Part shown: in pieces, positions 45,549 through 58,745 of the stretch
Numbering within the stretch: position 1 is the stretch's first letter
Layout: each line of letters begins with the position of its first letter
Assembly (NCBI GenBank): GCA_004764695.1
Contig: SMSO01000034.1
Coordinates: forward strand, 4,712,001 to 4,776,000
Direction of reading: 5' to 3'
DNA from: Schizochytrium sp. TIO01
Taxonomy: Eukaryota; Protista; Bigyra: Labyrinthulomycetes
Length of the DNA: 64,000 bases
Notes under the pieces: model-generated
Seen by the model: the letters and a program-made list of their open reading frames with translations, nothing else
Database searches by the model: none
Told to the model about the DNA's origin: nothing
Position numbers and translations under genes: made by a program

Positions 45549-48500
45549 TGTGCTAAAGAACCAGGCCTTGCCTTGGTTTTCTTTTGCCTATCGTGCGAAC
45601 AGAACTTGCAATGCTTGTGGTTTGTGCGCTGTGCTTTCTCTTCCGTCGACCAGAATGTCGAGGCTACTACAGTGGATGAAAAGGTGGGCCCAGCAAAATT
45701 TAATCTCCGCTTGCCCGACTATTTCGAACTGCAACAGTACAAGTTGTCGTAAAATTCAATCTAACTTGATGAGCGTGTGCCAGCTCGCGGAGGGTACGCT
45801 AGCTCCTTTTGCAGTGGAGGCCGGAAGATAGCTGGGGAGGGAAGAAAGTAAGCAAGCAGTAAATGCACGTTTTATGTCTGTCTCTATTGCTATAAAACAG
45901 ACGTGTGAACGAGGGAGCGAGGTAAACCTGGATGGGCGTGCGCCACGTCTTCAATTAAATGAACTTCTTGGAATCAATATCTGTACAGAAGAAACACCAA
46001 ATGTAGGCAAGCTGTTGTAGCTATTGCTTCCTTCAAATTCAACACGGCGATAGAAGAAGGTACCGCTTCCCTGCGAGCCGAGTCTTAACTGCCGCAAGGT
46101 ATAGATCCCTCGCGAGCAGAACTGTGTCTCAATTTGAAGTCTGCTGTTATGGGCTCTTTTATACCTTTCTCACTTCCACAATGAAAGAGAGAGAGAAAAA
46201 GGAAATTAAAAGAAAGTAAACAGAAGCAAAGGAAGAAAAAGTTAAGAGAAAAAACTTTTGAAAGCCCTCCACAAAAAGGCGTGCTTCTTCACTCCCCTTC
46301 CTGCCTCGCTCTCCACGAAGCGAGCAATACCGAGCAGAAGATACCTGTCGAGCCCGCCAAGCTACGACCGAGAGACCTAACGCTGCCTTCGGGTTTTGGT
46401 TTCGTAAAGGCGCTTGGGTTTGGCAAAAACCTGGAGAATAGTGAATCGAGGAAATCTGAGGCTTGATCGATGTGCGTGCGCGCGCAGACCAGCCTGTCAG
46501 CTCGTCCCTCGGAGGTCAAAGAGGTGACGGCGCAGGTTGGCCAATAGATCTTTAGCGACCCGCAGTGCCGCCGCGCTTGCGAGCTCCTCGCACGCGAACT
46601 GGGCTAGACGGAGTCGCAGGCCAGCCGAGGCCTCGTCAAGGCATGAACAAAGTTTGAAGGCTCTTCATCAAGCATGGCCCCCTCTACGTAGTGTGTACAC
46701 TACTCTCCTCCTAACTACAATACAGCTGCGGGAGATTTATCCAATCCTATTACACTGTAACTTTATAGTCACAGTGCTCTAATATTTTTCATGACAAATA
46801 TTATATGCAGATTGCAATCAGGATTTAAGTGAACTCAAAATTCACCTGCAGTGACATATATCGAGACAGACTCTTTTTGTCTTAGGAGCACAAGCTCACC
46901 TGGAACAGGAGCGTCCAAAGGGGACTGAGGGCCAGTGGAGAAACTGGTAGAGTCGCCTCGCGCGTGCACGAAAGGGGGTGTGCACACCTTATAGTCTTCC
47001 TATTGCGAGTGACTGATTCTTACCTACTTCTAAGCGTGAGTAATGGCATGACTGAGCAAAGCTAGGTTGGCAGCTATTTATAACTGGTAGGACTCTTAGA
47101 GCGAAGGCCAAGATTGCTGATCTGTACTATAGATGTCAGCACGTGCAGGAAGAGCATGCATATATAGATACCTGTCTAGCTAGCTAGAGATGCTCATGGT
47201 CTTTCTTCAGGTTCTTTCTTTTGTGGAGGGAGATAGTTTTCTCAGAGGATTGTGCCGCTGACTGAGCGAACACCGACGGCAGCAGCATTTTCTGGCAGGA
47301 TCATTGATCTCGGTCTTCTTCATTATGTTCACACAAAACACTTGGAAACCTCGCCGATGAAACCCATAGTGGAGGTAGGATTGAAGCTAGAGGGTCTTGC
47401 AAAATGCCTTGCGTGCACTAGTTCGAGTAGTACTTCTTGATTTTTTTCTCTTTTTATAAACTTGAAGGCCGAAAGTGCAACGTGAGGTGCGAATATCTCA
47501 CGCAAATCTTGGGGTGCGTTGCATTTCAGCCTACTCCACCCGGCAAAGAAAAGAATGAGATGTAGTAATAGGTAGAAGTGTGCAGTAGTTTGCTGTAGTC
47601 AAGGGATGAAGAGAGGTCGGTAACTGGCGAGGATGATGCATCAAAGTTATCAAAGAGATAGCTCTACTACTAGTGCTATTAATTTACACATGGTGCGATT
47701 CGAGTTGGCAGCACACGCGGTGCGTAATGAGCCTGAATCCTGAAAGAAGACCCTCATAGACCAATTGTATTATTAATGGGCTAGGAGAACCATCGTGAGT
47801 CATGAGTTTGGCATTCACGTGCGAAGGAGTGTAGTGCATTATACCATGTCATTTTATCATTAACTGTAAAAGTTGTAGTAGTTTTTTTTTGTTTTAATTT
47901 TTTCTCCTGAAAGGGTTAAAGATTAAAAATTAAAAACAAGCAACTTGAAATTTGCTGGACTCTCTAGGTGCGTACTACTCGATAGTTCACGGGCAGTAGG
48001 AAGGGATGCTGGGGTGTTTTCTTCTGCAATTTTCAGCAGTTAGTGCTAATTGCGTTAGGTTGTCGTTAGTGTGCACCATCTGACCGTGCTGAGCTCCTTC
48101 AGTCTCAAGCATTCTACTGTTTATGACAATTGGACGAAGAGTTTCCCTTCCCATCCCTGACCCGGCTCCTAGCAAACAAAAAGTCTGACTGCTGAGCTTA
48201 ATAATATGCGAGCCTCATAAAATACACACGTATACCGCACACACCCAACTTTAAGCTCGCTGAAGTACAACTTGAAGTTGCACCTGAGCGCAACTCAAAC
48301 GAATCGCTACTACTACGCCGAGGATCACTGCGTTGAAGTAGTAGTATAACTATCACAAAGTTTGTTCATCCTCGAGATGGGTGGTTTTAAATCAAGCGCA
48401 ATTAGGCACAACATCATGAACTTAAGCCCCCAACTTGTATCGATTACTTTGCAACTGTTATTTGTTCACAAAAATCGGGCTCAATTGCATATTCTCGGCA

Positions 48501-51500
48501 TTGCCTTCCCACGTCGCGTTCGTGGTGGCCGCCGTGCTTGTGGCCCAGGCTAGAAGTAGCCATTTATGCAAGCATAATGCTAGCCCATCATGTCAATTGA
48601 CATGACGATGTCCAAGTTCCTCTGCCTGTTCATTTCATCGAATTTCTAAAACAAAAGAATTCCAACACACTGACTGGCTGACGACCTTGAGAAGAACAGC
48701 CGAGAGTTCCTGTCGGTGATCGAGCGGGGGATGTCAATCCAGCGTCTAGTCAGGCAAACAGCAGATCGAGCGAGGGCGCGCGCTCGGAATTTCCCCCTGG
48801 CTATGATGTTCACGTTGTGTGAAGGTAGTACATGCAGCCCATAAAGACTCAACAATAGGTGCAACGCATCTCATCTTTCGCAAAGTTCTGTTGCGATTAG
48901 GCACTAGGTACTACTTATCAAGCAAAGAGATTTCAAGCTCGAGATACTTACAGACGAAGTAGATAGCAACTATTTCCTTTAGTCCGCAGCTCAGGTCATT
49001 CTCAAATTGCAATTTCGCTTTATACTTTTTTCTTAAAAGGACAAATATGGGGATTTGATAAAATGTTGTGCACTTTTTCTTTTTCTTTCTCTTTTGAAAT
49101 AAAAAGCAAAAGGCAGGAGAAATTACTATTTGATTTGTGCAACCAATCGCAAGACTCACTACAGCCCGAGATACATCGGTGTGAGGGCTAAGCAACGCCT
49201 ACAAATGAGGCGGGTCAGAATTGGTTTGAAGGGAATTTTAATCACCAGCAGTTAGTAATTACAATTTGAGAGTCTGCTTGGGGATCTGCTCGCAGATGAA
49301 AATTGGTTGTTCGAGATGCTAGCTTCCAATGAAAGGTCGAGTTTGCATGATGTGCCCTTCTCCCACTAGCCAGCTGCTTTGGTAGCGAGGAGTTGACATG
49401 ATACCGGTCGTTGGGATTCTACTTCGCGCAGAACCTTGTGCTCTTGGGTGGCATATTTAGGAATTGCACCAGGCTGCTAAGCCAGAAAGTACCAAGCTAA
49501 GAAAAAGTCGCGTGCGCCAGTTTTTTTTTTTTGCTTTTGAAGGTATATATTATGCTAGCAGCGCTAGTATTCAACGTTTGTGAACCTTGGAGGACCTGGG
49601 AGCCGGTCCTGACATCCCGGTTAAGAATGGGTGAACAATGTTACGGAAGTGAAGCAAGGCCATTGAACGCTCAAACTGTTGTAAGAAATTGAAGGAAATG
49701 AAACAAATAATAGTACAACTCAATAGCCTTTTGACGATGGGTTATTTGGGGAAATCCGGGTACGAGGTCTACACGAGCAGTGCAATATCGCTCTCTATCC
49801 CAGGCTCGAAAATAAAATTAGTATATGCATGGAATATAAGATTTTACTATTAGGTGGTACCAGAGTTTCAGAAAAGGAGAGAATGCCGATAATATCAAAC
49901 TTGCTACTAAAGTCGCTCACGTGAGAATATCCACAATCACAACCAAACGGTATCGCAGGTCGTGTAGTCACAGGAACTACATGGACTCCCGCTTCGTGGA
50001 ATGCAATGGAGGCCCCATGCGTTTTTTTATTCTTCCAGAATTTATATCCATCGACATTATTTTAGCAAATATCTACAGGCGCAGGAGACTGCTTATGGTT
50101 CTGCCAATTCTCTTTTGTGTAGCACATTCATATAGTTGGCACCTGGTCGCTATTACTTGGGAAATCAGCTTCCTCGACTAAGTTATGCGAAGCAAGAACC
50201 ATATCTTCTCTACAACGGCTTCAATCTTCGGATCTTATAGGTTTAGAATACTACTTTCCACTTTAGCTAAGTTCTTTGTCCAGGCCGAAATCCCTGCTTT
50301 GTGTTGAATAGGTCAGGTAGACTCGAAGTGTTCCGTATTTATAGCAGCCTTCGATGAAGCAATCAAAAGAACTTGAAGAAGACACGGAGGAGGATGCTAA
50401 AGGCTAAAGGAGAATTTTCTTTTGGTTTTGTACAAGTCGAGGTTGCCTTTGTCTTGCTTCATCAATTTTGCTGCTTCAAAAGTCTAACTAGAGGAATCAC
50501 AGATCATAATATGAATAAGAACCCAGTCTACTGTCTTTCTTACAATGGAAGTTTGGTGCGTTCTAGTAGACAGACAGACACCAAAACCCAATTTGTCAAA
50601 ACGAGGAAGCCATTTCTAGATTTGAAACACAGTTGGAAGTAAGATATGTATAGTACTCTCATTCGGGGCTGACGGCTGTTTCTCTTGTGGAGAATCAATG
50701 TCTGGGTTTTGATCATAACCACGATCGCCCGATCCTCCATTGTTGTATTTGTAGCTGTTATTGTTGGTGTTGGTGCTGGTGCTGGTGCTGGTGATGCTTA
50801 CTGCTGATATTCTTGAAGGTCACTCCCAGCGTTTTTCATGAAAATGTAAATATATTTTCCCCAATCAGTTCAGATAATCTTCAATTCTGTGCTGGTTCTG
50901 CCACGGAAAGGGGGACTGGTGGCTTTTTTATTCGATTAACATCTAGAATATGCTGGAAAATCCGGTGAATGCTTCAAGTTGAATCATAGAATTGCACTGA
51001 AAAAGGGATAAATTTGCACATTCCCAATCTTCTTGTGTGCGTGAATATAATACTTAATGTAACAGCACAATAAAGTTTGAAAGAAATAGAAATTCAGTAA
51101 ATGGGGAAGCCATAGTATATCTCACCTGCAGAAACATTCATGCTTGTAGACCTAAGTCTATCTCTGTCCAGCTCTAGAAGTTGAGATGTGTAAATTATTT
51201 TCTTAATTGATCGACTTCAAAAATGCTCAGAAAGTATCTCATCAATAATACGTATAAAGAAATCGAGTAAATTTCACTTGTTTCATTTTAATTTTGTCAG
51301 GATATATTTCACACAGAGTCTCTTTGAAATCACAATTCTCAATGCCAATCCTAGCTACCAGCATAGGTAGGTTATCATTACCCAAATATTTGACAGGAAT
51401 AAATTGCTATGAAGAACTCTAGATGTCGTAGATAGTAGATAGTTAATCGGCACTACTCATAGTAGTACTCACGGAAAAAGAAAAAGATGCCATTTGCTAC

Positions 51501-51913
51501 CTAGGCTAGAAGTAGACTAAGCTCTACCTACCTGCAACACAAGACTTCCAGTTTTGATAAATCAACAAGAAAATGCAGAATTGGGTACCTCTCAGTATCC
51601 TATGCAAAACCATGAAAACCGTAGCACAATTGCCAGCATGATCGTGGGTGCTAGGTCGCATTTAATATAACCGTAATGCAACCTCAAATGAAAAGTATGA
51701 TGCTGGACACCACGGGCATAGATGATCAACTCAAAAGGTTCAAAAGGGTTCCCCATAAGGCTATTAGGATTTACAATAACACCATTTGCGCTCTCGGGCG
51801 TCCTCGTTTTCACCTATTCCTTATCAACTCGTCAAGGCAATCAGATCGATTCATCAATTCCCCTTTCTCAGCGCCGTGGAGCGTGGAACGCAGTGGTTAA
51901 ATATATAAAGATC

Positions 51914-52720
51914 ATGAGCGACTCTTCGAAACGCCCAAGTCTTATTGACAAACTTGGCTCAATGAAGCAGTCCGTACGGCTTCGTGGACTGCGGAAAGGA
52001 TTGCACCATCACAGCAGTGATCAGCACGTGCAACTTGAAAAGGACGCAGCCAAAGAAGACGACGACTGCAAAGTAGCGGAGAGCGAAGATGAAGCGGACG
52101 ATAATTTCGATAATAGGACTGTGGCGAAGGTAACTCATGAAGTAGCCTCGCAGCCAAAGGGATTTCGTTGGCTTCAATTAAAGAAGACCTATTTTATTGA
52201 TGAAAATGGTGTGGACCGTGAATGGGAGACAGCAGAGCGAGTCACTCGAAAGTCAGGCATCCCTGATGCAGTCTTTATTATTGCATTTCTCGACCGTGGA
52301 AGGGATGAAGAAGAGCTTCTTTTGGTCTCACAATTTCGTCCTTGCGTGGATAGTTATGTGCTGGAGTTTCCCGCTGGTCTTGTGGACGAAGGAGAAACTG
52401 CAGAAGAAGCAGCGCTTCGTGAGTTAAGGGAAGAGACAGGATACATTGGGTCTAATCCGCAGGCAACACCCATTGTACCTGCAGATGCTGGAATGACAAA
52501 TTCCATGCTTCAGTTTGTGCAGGTCCACGTAGACATGTCTCTACCGGAAAATAAACGCCCAAAACAAGAACTCGAAGAAACTGAATCTATTCAAACGCAC
52601 TATGTGCCTCGGAGCGAGTTACGTGAAGTGATTAATAACCCGCGCCTTCTCCGCCCGGGCAAAAAGATCGTCGTGGACGTTCGCCTTTTTATGTTTCTTT
52701 TTGGTCTAACTAACCATTAA
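51914..52720 (+). CDS. ADP-ribose/ADP-sugar pyrophosphatase (NUDT5/YSA1-like Nudix hydrolase)
   Basis: REWETAER, DAV, QFRP, EFPAGLVDEGETAEEAALRELREETGY (Nudix box). Start uncertain: there is also an in-frame ATG at 51722. Confidence 0.88.
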   Translation: MSDSSKRPSLIDKLGSMKQSVRLRGLRKGLHHHSSDQHVQLEKDAAKEDDDCKVAESEDEADDNFDNRTVAKVTHEVASQPKGFRWLQLKKTYFIDENGVDREWETAERVTRKSGIPDAVFIIAFLDRGRDEEELLLVSQFRPCVDSYVLEFPAGLVDEGETAEEAALRELREETGYIGSNPQATPIVPADAGMTNSMLQFVQVHVDMSLPENKRPKQELEETESIQTHYVPRSELREVINNPRLLRPGKKIVVDVRLFMFLFGLTNH

Positions 52721-55700
52721 TAAGTTTAAAGCAAGCTCAAAACAACGTTTGAGCCAAGATCATGTTGACCATCAAGCATCCACTTTAGGAAAAAAAATCA
52801 ACTTTTAATTAATATTTTTGCAAAGTCTTTAGGTGCATTGCTTCGCAAGATTAACCAATTATTTGCCTCGTGTAAGGTAATAAGAGTATATCTAAATCTT
52901 CCCATTACCTGAACCTTTGCAAACTTATTCTATCTGTAAATTCGCTCATGTTTCTCCAAACTGAAGGAAATCTCACGAAGATTGATTAGAAAGTTTGGGG
53001 AACGGAGTACTATATCTTTCCGCAAAACTTGGTCTTGCTACCTTTTTCGAGCTTGAAAGTTAAATCCTAAGTCATGATTCAGCATAGGTGAACAGTTCTT
53101 GGCAACACTTAAAACCATTGTTCGTAATTATTGAAGATTAGCTTGTGAAGTGGAGCATGCAGATCTAGTTGGACAACTTTGTGAACTCAGATCAAAGAAA
53201 AAAATAGCATTTAGGTTAATGGGATTTTTCTAGATGCAGGCAGAATATATGGTTCGTGTCGGCCGAAGGGTCTGGCCAGCTTAGGTTAGGTTTGGGTAAG
53301 CCGCCTAACTGGAGATGACTTCAATAACATTAGATCTACTCAGGGTTATATAGTAGTTGTCGTATATTTGAAATGCATAGACTGTAAAGACTTGCTCGCA
53401 TTGCGACCCAACTGGGCGGAAAGACATTTTTTTGTACCTAGCACGAGGCAACCACGAGTTGGAAGCTTACTTGCACGAAGTCATTTTGTTGTTGTTAAAG
53501 GTTGCTTTCCCTGTTTAGCAGCTTTTGTAGTCTCTCTGGATGGGTTGCGCAAATACCAGCACATTTCATGGAACACGCTCTGCTTAATTAGATTGTTTGC
53601 TATCATAATGAGAAAGGCGCGCCTACCTGAAAGACCGTGACGAAAGATTTTGTGCCCCCAAGTATTTTGCGCAAATAGTAAGTAAAATGAAAGAATTAAT
53701 TTGCTGCTTTGCCTTAAGAGAAATAAAAACTACCTACTTGTAGGCAGGTAGGTAAGTACCTTGAACTGCAAATGAGCATCGCTGGTCCAAGCGCAATTTA
53801 AAGCAAACAAGTTTTTTGTGTCATTAAAAAGCAACTCCTGAGCACGCGCTTAGATGCTCGCACGACTGAGGCTGCGCAATATCCGTTTGAGCACAAAATT
53901 ATGCCAGTACTAGCATTTTCTCTTGGAAAAGAAGATTTTAATTGGAGTATTATTGGTTGGTTCATGGGCCACAAACTAAACCCATTACCATTCTCCACAC
54001 GAACTCTTGAGCAGCCTGGATGTGTTCCTGCATCCCAATCTGCGATACACCGCTTTATGAAGCATTTTCGAGAAGTACCTTAAGCAAAACCTTTGGCGGC
54101 CTCCTTTACGTTTGAGTGTTTTTTTTTTTAAATTCTGCCTTCCCTGTGCCTTCGATGCACGTTCTTCTTTCTTATTGATATGTACATTTAATTCAGCTTC
54201 CAAGTGCGGCGCCTTTGGTTCCTGTCGCATCTGCGGGTTTGTTGGCCATATATTGTTCGATCTGCCTATCAAAAGTTTCTATAGGTATCTACGACTACCT
54301 GCTTCCTGCCTGGGTATTGTGGCATGTATGTAGCAGGTGATCGTGTGTCTCTTCAAATCGTAAAGAAACAGTTGTTGCGCCAAGCCCGACCTTAATTATT
54401 AGACTCAAATTCGATTACTTATAAAAAGAATCGGTCATTTCCGAATTCTTAAAATTTAAAATAAAACTTGAAATAAAATAATACATTATAAAAATAAATT
54501 ATCACGACTTGCTATTAGAGTTGTAATAGCAGTTCCTTCCATCTCGTTTGCTGTCCTTTAGTCTACCAGTCGCGATGGAAAAGCGGCCTCGCTGATCGTT
54601 TGATGGCAGCTTCTCCAGAGATATTGCTTCACCTAAATTCCGTCTCCACCGGTTTCCTTTTCTTATTGGTGCATTTCAATCACAAGAAATGAATCGGAAC
54701 AATCCCTAGTTTTTCTTCTCAAAGGTATTCCTCGTAAAAGAGGAGCCGGGTCGCCACGATGAAACGCGTCTGTCTGCTGCAAGCAGAAAGCGTTCCTGGT
54801 GCATGGGAGCCTCATGACAAGCTCTGCTTATTATTTTCATGTCATTGTCCTTTCTTTTCTTGCATTGTTTTGTTGTTACTGTCAATGATACCTTTCAGTA
54901 GTAGTAGTGTATGCACCATAAGCTTCCGAGGAGCGTTCCAGAGGTCCCAAGCACGCAAAGCACAGTCGCGTTCGTAGTTTCGACCGCCGAATATTGCTAC
55001 AATATCCGAGTCAGGGATACCAGTGGTTTATTCTGTGATCTAGTTCACTGGTTTGTGAGGTAGTGGTCCATGCAGAAATTCAAGTCTTGACAAGACTTGA
55101 ATTGCCGTGAATCTCAGCACCATACCGCGCGTGGCGATGAGGAACAAAACGATCGCGAGACTCCGATTGTTACGTTGGTGCTCTTTGAACGATGATGGGT
55201 CGCTGATATTACCTATTTCTGACTCTGGGACACCAGAAGTACAGTGAGATACGCTATTTCTTGTGACCCAATTCAGGACCCAGGGTGGCAGTAGTAGTAC
55301 CTAGTACGGATGCACAGGTGTAATGCGTTGCGCAAAGGTATTCTCGCAACTAAAAAAGAAAAAAACAAAAACCGAGCTAACCTAACTCCCGTGCGCAACC
55401 CAGCCGATGAATTTTCCAGTGCTGCGCACGAGTCGAGTGTGTTAGGACAGATAGGAAAACCTCTGTCATAATCTCAAGTAGAAGAAGTAGTGTCGGTGGA
55501 GGCCGACCTTGAGTGAGAACTTAATCTTTCCACATGCATTTTTTCTCTCGCATCCCTCACAAAGTAACTAGTAGTATGCAAGAGAATTGCTTCGGTATTA
55601 ATGCATTCCGAAAAGAAAACCCAAGGCACAAATCAGGAATTCTTCTGTGTTTTAGATTTTATCATAAGTAATCCCAATGGCCACCATTCAAGGTTTGAAA

Positions 55701-55914
55701 CAAGTAGGAAACTATCTCCAAATGGAAATCATGCAAGCAAGAAATTCAGGAGTCAAAGCAAATCCCAAACACAACTCGGAAGATAATTCAGAACTAACGC
55801 AAGGGGATTCAGCCTCGTTGTGCATCAAGTTCAGTCTGGAAGGATTTGAATACCAAGCAAGAGTGTAACAAGGTTCTTACAAGTAAAGTTCAAGCGAAGG
55901 TGCTTGCTAGCAAG

Positions 55915-57981
55915 ATGACACCATCCCAATTCGTCCCATATGTGACGCACAATAATTTCAAGGAGATCACGTTGCGTGGTACAATTCTCTCGATTGTCCT
56001 CGCAGTGGTTCTTGGTGCCGCCAATGTGTACCTAGGTTTGCTCGTGGGCCTGACTGTGAGTGCCTCGATCCCGGCCTCTGTTATGTCCATGGCTGCCCTG
56101 CGTTGCTTCAAAGACTCCAACATCTTGGAGAACAACATTGTACAGACAGCAGCTTCTGCCGGTGAAGCCTTGGCAGCAGCGGCTATTTTCACGCTTCCTG
56201 GTCTTGTGATTATGAATACTGAACGTGACCTTGGAAACCCAACTTTCCAAGGCGTGCAAGGATGGGACACCTTTCTTGGCAGTAATTATGCTTACGTGAC
56301 CTTTTTGACCTTTTTTGGTGGTTGCCTAGGCATCGCCTACAGTATCCCTCTGCGCCGCGCTCTGCTCATCGAGATTGAACCTCCTTTAAAGTTCCCTGAA
56401 GGTGTTGCAACGGCCCAGGTCCTGCGCTCAGGTGAAAAAGGGGGCAAAGCAGTTTACGCCGTCGGTGCTGGTACCTTGCTCGGTACCACCACCAAGTTAT
56501 TCGAAACACTCGGCTTGTACTCTCCAACCCTTGGTGTAGGCTGGCTTTACAAGAACATGTACCCATCCTACATTGGTCTCAACGTTTCTTCTGCTCTCTT
56601 TGGCGTGGGATACATCGTTGGACCAAATGTGGGAATTGTCCTCTTCCTTGGTAGCATGTGCCAATACCTTATTATGATTCCCATCTCAGCAGTCATTAAT
56701 AACCGCTGGAGTGAGAGTGAGTGGGATGTCAGCTCGAATGGCGAATTTAATGGAGAGAACGTTGCAGGAGCCGAATTTGGCGAAGCACGTTATGCAGGAA
56801 TCGGTCTCATGGTTATTGGAGGAATTTGGAGTTTGATCAATCTTCGGGCTGCATTGGTCACAAGTGTCAAGTTTGGTATTCGCCAGCTCCGTGGCAAGCA
56901 ATCTGATGCTAATCAAGTGTCTAACAACGACGGTCTGCCGGCTCGGCTCGATCAGGATTTTCCGTTCAAGCTCACGCTTGCAATCATTGGAGGAACCATC
57001 ATTCCACTCTACATTCTCTTTTCTGCTTTTAGCGATAGCTGGGCTCGCTGTCTGCTCATGGCTGTGGTCGTATCGGTTCTTTCTTTCCTCTTTGCCTCAG
57101 TTGCGGCATACATGGCTGGTTTGGTGGGGTCTTCAAACAACCCGGTATCTGGTGTAACAATATCATCGTCCCTTGTAATCTCTGCACTCATTCTCGGCCT
57201 ATGGGGTGCTGATGACCCTATTGGGCCTCCCACCGCTGTCATCATGTGCTGCGCTGTAGCATCAGCGTGTGCTATCAGCGGTGACAACATGCAAGACCTT
57301 AAGGCCGGTTACCTTCTTGGCGCGACGCCTTGGAAGCAGGAGTTGGCAATGATTCTCGGTGTTACGGTGACATCGGTTGTGATTGCGCCCATTCTAGAAC
57401 TTCTTAACGCTGCTTATACTCTTGGTGTGGGCCTTGAGGCGCCTCAGGCTAGCATTATTGCTACAATCCCTGTGGGCATCATCAACGGCACTCTTCCATG
57501 GGCGTACATTGGCGTTGGCGCTGCACTTGGTGCTGTCATCATTGTGATTGACAAGCTACTTGAACGCAAAGGATGCAGTTTTCGCCTACCTGTACTTGCT
57601 TTTGCTGTTGCCTTTTATCTGCCCTGTGCATACCTTGTTCCCATTTTTCTCGGGAGCATGCTACATTTCCTCGCAGGTACAACACCAGATGATAATGCTT
57701 CTGAGGGTGTTTTGTACTGTGCAGGCCTTGTAGCCGGTGATGCACTTTTTGGCATCATCTCTGCCATCCCCATTGTTGCTAGTTCGGACGGAAACATTAT
57801 GCGCGTAGTTGGCTACGAAAAATCCTGGCCTGCACTATTTCCATTGGTGGCAATTCTCACCTCCATTACCCTAATGGCAAAATACAGTCCATTCACAGGT
57901 TCCGACTCTTTGGATAATGTTAATGAGAAGGCGCAGCAGCCCGAATCTGTCAATCCCGAAGATCGCGAAGTGGGCATTTAA
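55915..57981 (+). CDS. OPT-family oligopeptide/metal-chelate transporter, prokaryote-like subtype
   Basis: EITLR, ANVYLGL, ASIPASV, ENNIVQTAASAGE, FPEGVATAQVL, GLVGSSNNPVSGVTI, GDNMQDLKAGYLLGATPWKQ, APQA; many TM helices. First ATG at 55915. Confidence 0.9.
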   Translation: MTPSQFVPYVTHNNFKEITLRGTILSIVLAVVLGAANVYLGLLVGLTVSASIPASVMSMAALRCFKDSNILENNIVQTAASAGEALAAAAIFTLPGLVIMNTERDLGNPTFQGVQGWDTFLGSNYAYVTFLTFFGGCLGIAYSIPLRRALLIEIEPPLKFPEGVATAQVLRSGEKGGKAVYAVGAGTLLGTTTKLFETLGLYSPTLGVGWLYKNMYPSYIGLNVSSALFGVGYIVGPNVGIVLFLGSMCQYLIMIPISAVINNRWSESEWDVSSNGEFNGENVAGAEFGEARYAGIGLMVIGGIWSLINLRAALVTSVKFGIRQLRGKQSDANQVSNNDGLPARLDQDFPFKLTLAIIGGTIIPLYILFSAFSDSWARCLLMAVVVSVLSFLFASVAAYMAGLVGSSNNPVSGVTISSSLVISALILGLWGADDPIGPPTAVIMCCAVASACAISGDNMQDLKAGYLLGATPWKQELAMILGVTVTSVVIAPILELLNAAYTLGVGLEAPQASIIATIPVGIINGTLPWAYIGVGAALGAVIIVIDKLLERKGCSFRLPVLAFAVAFYLPCAYLVPIFLGSMLHFLAGTTPDDNASEGVLYCAGLVAGDALFGIISAIPIVASSDGNIMRVVGYEKSWPALFPLVAILTSITLMAKYSPFTGSDSLDNVNEKAQQPESVNPEDREVGI

Positions 57982-58745
57982 GAGCGAATCTCTAAAGACT
58001 CTCACAACACTTCAGTGGCGTTGTTGAAATATTTAAAGATAAGTATAAACCAAAATTTGCGCAATGAGATGAGAAGTTCAGTCCTATTTCATTCTGTTTG
58101 AGAGTGGACCACGATGTACAATGCAACGGCGTAGACACAGGCAACATGAGAAGTTTGACTGCGAAATTGAAACAATTTTAAATTTCAAAAAAAAGTTTCA
58201 GCACAGATCTTCGTAAGCGAGATAGAGAGAATTAAAGAATAGAAGAGTACATACCAAAACCCATATCCAGCTTTCAATAGTGAGTTCAACATCAATACAA
58301 TATGAAAAGACAGTATATCTCCACCCAGCTAAAATGGCTCCAAAGAGATTTGGACGATCCTTGAGAGAGAACGGCACCTTACGATCACCTTGACTAGCAT
58401 TTAAGACGTCTTGTTTTGGTTAAAGGAATAAATCCATTTGAAAAATGGGATGAAAATAGAGTTGTGACAATATGCACATTTATGTGCCACCTGTCAGTGA
58501 TTATATGTTGTTGTTTTTCTTGATTCTTTTGTTTGTTTAATAATCTGATGCAGTACTTTGCACGTTGTTGATACCATTTGGGTAGTTTCGCACATTGAAG
58601 TACCGTATCACTAGGCATGCGTGTTCTTGACGATTGTTGATAAGTTTGCATCGCTGCAAAAGACGCACAATAGAGGTCGGAGGAGGAGGGCAGCTCAAAC
58701 CATAAGAAATTTTGATTTCGCTGTACCACGACTCTCCATTAAAAT

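Noticed and set aside
46281-46782. Short ORFs in the GC-rich block upstream of the myosin
   Set aside because: Non-ATG starts and no motifs; probably the promoter or first non-coding exon of the myosin.
49790-50820. Start-less minus-strand open stretches of ~70-90 codons and a (GGTGCT)n repeat, possibly a decayed gene
   Set aside because: No recognisable homology and no consistent splice model; a tblastx search would be needed.
55601-55868. Two short ATG ORFs overlapping the region before the OPT gene (possible frameshift or uORFs)
   Set aside because: No OPT similarity and no convincing splice or slippage signal; the OPT core is complete from ATG 55915.
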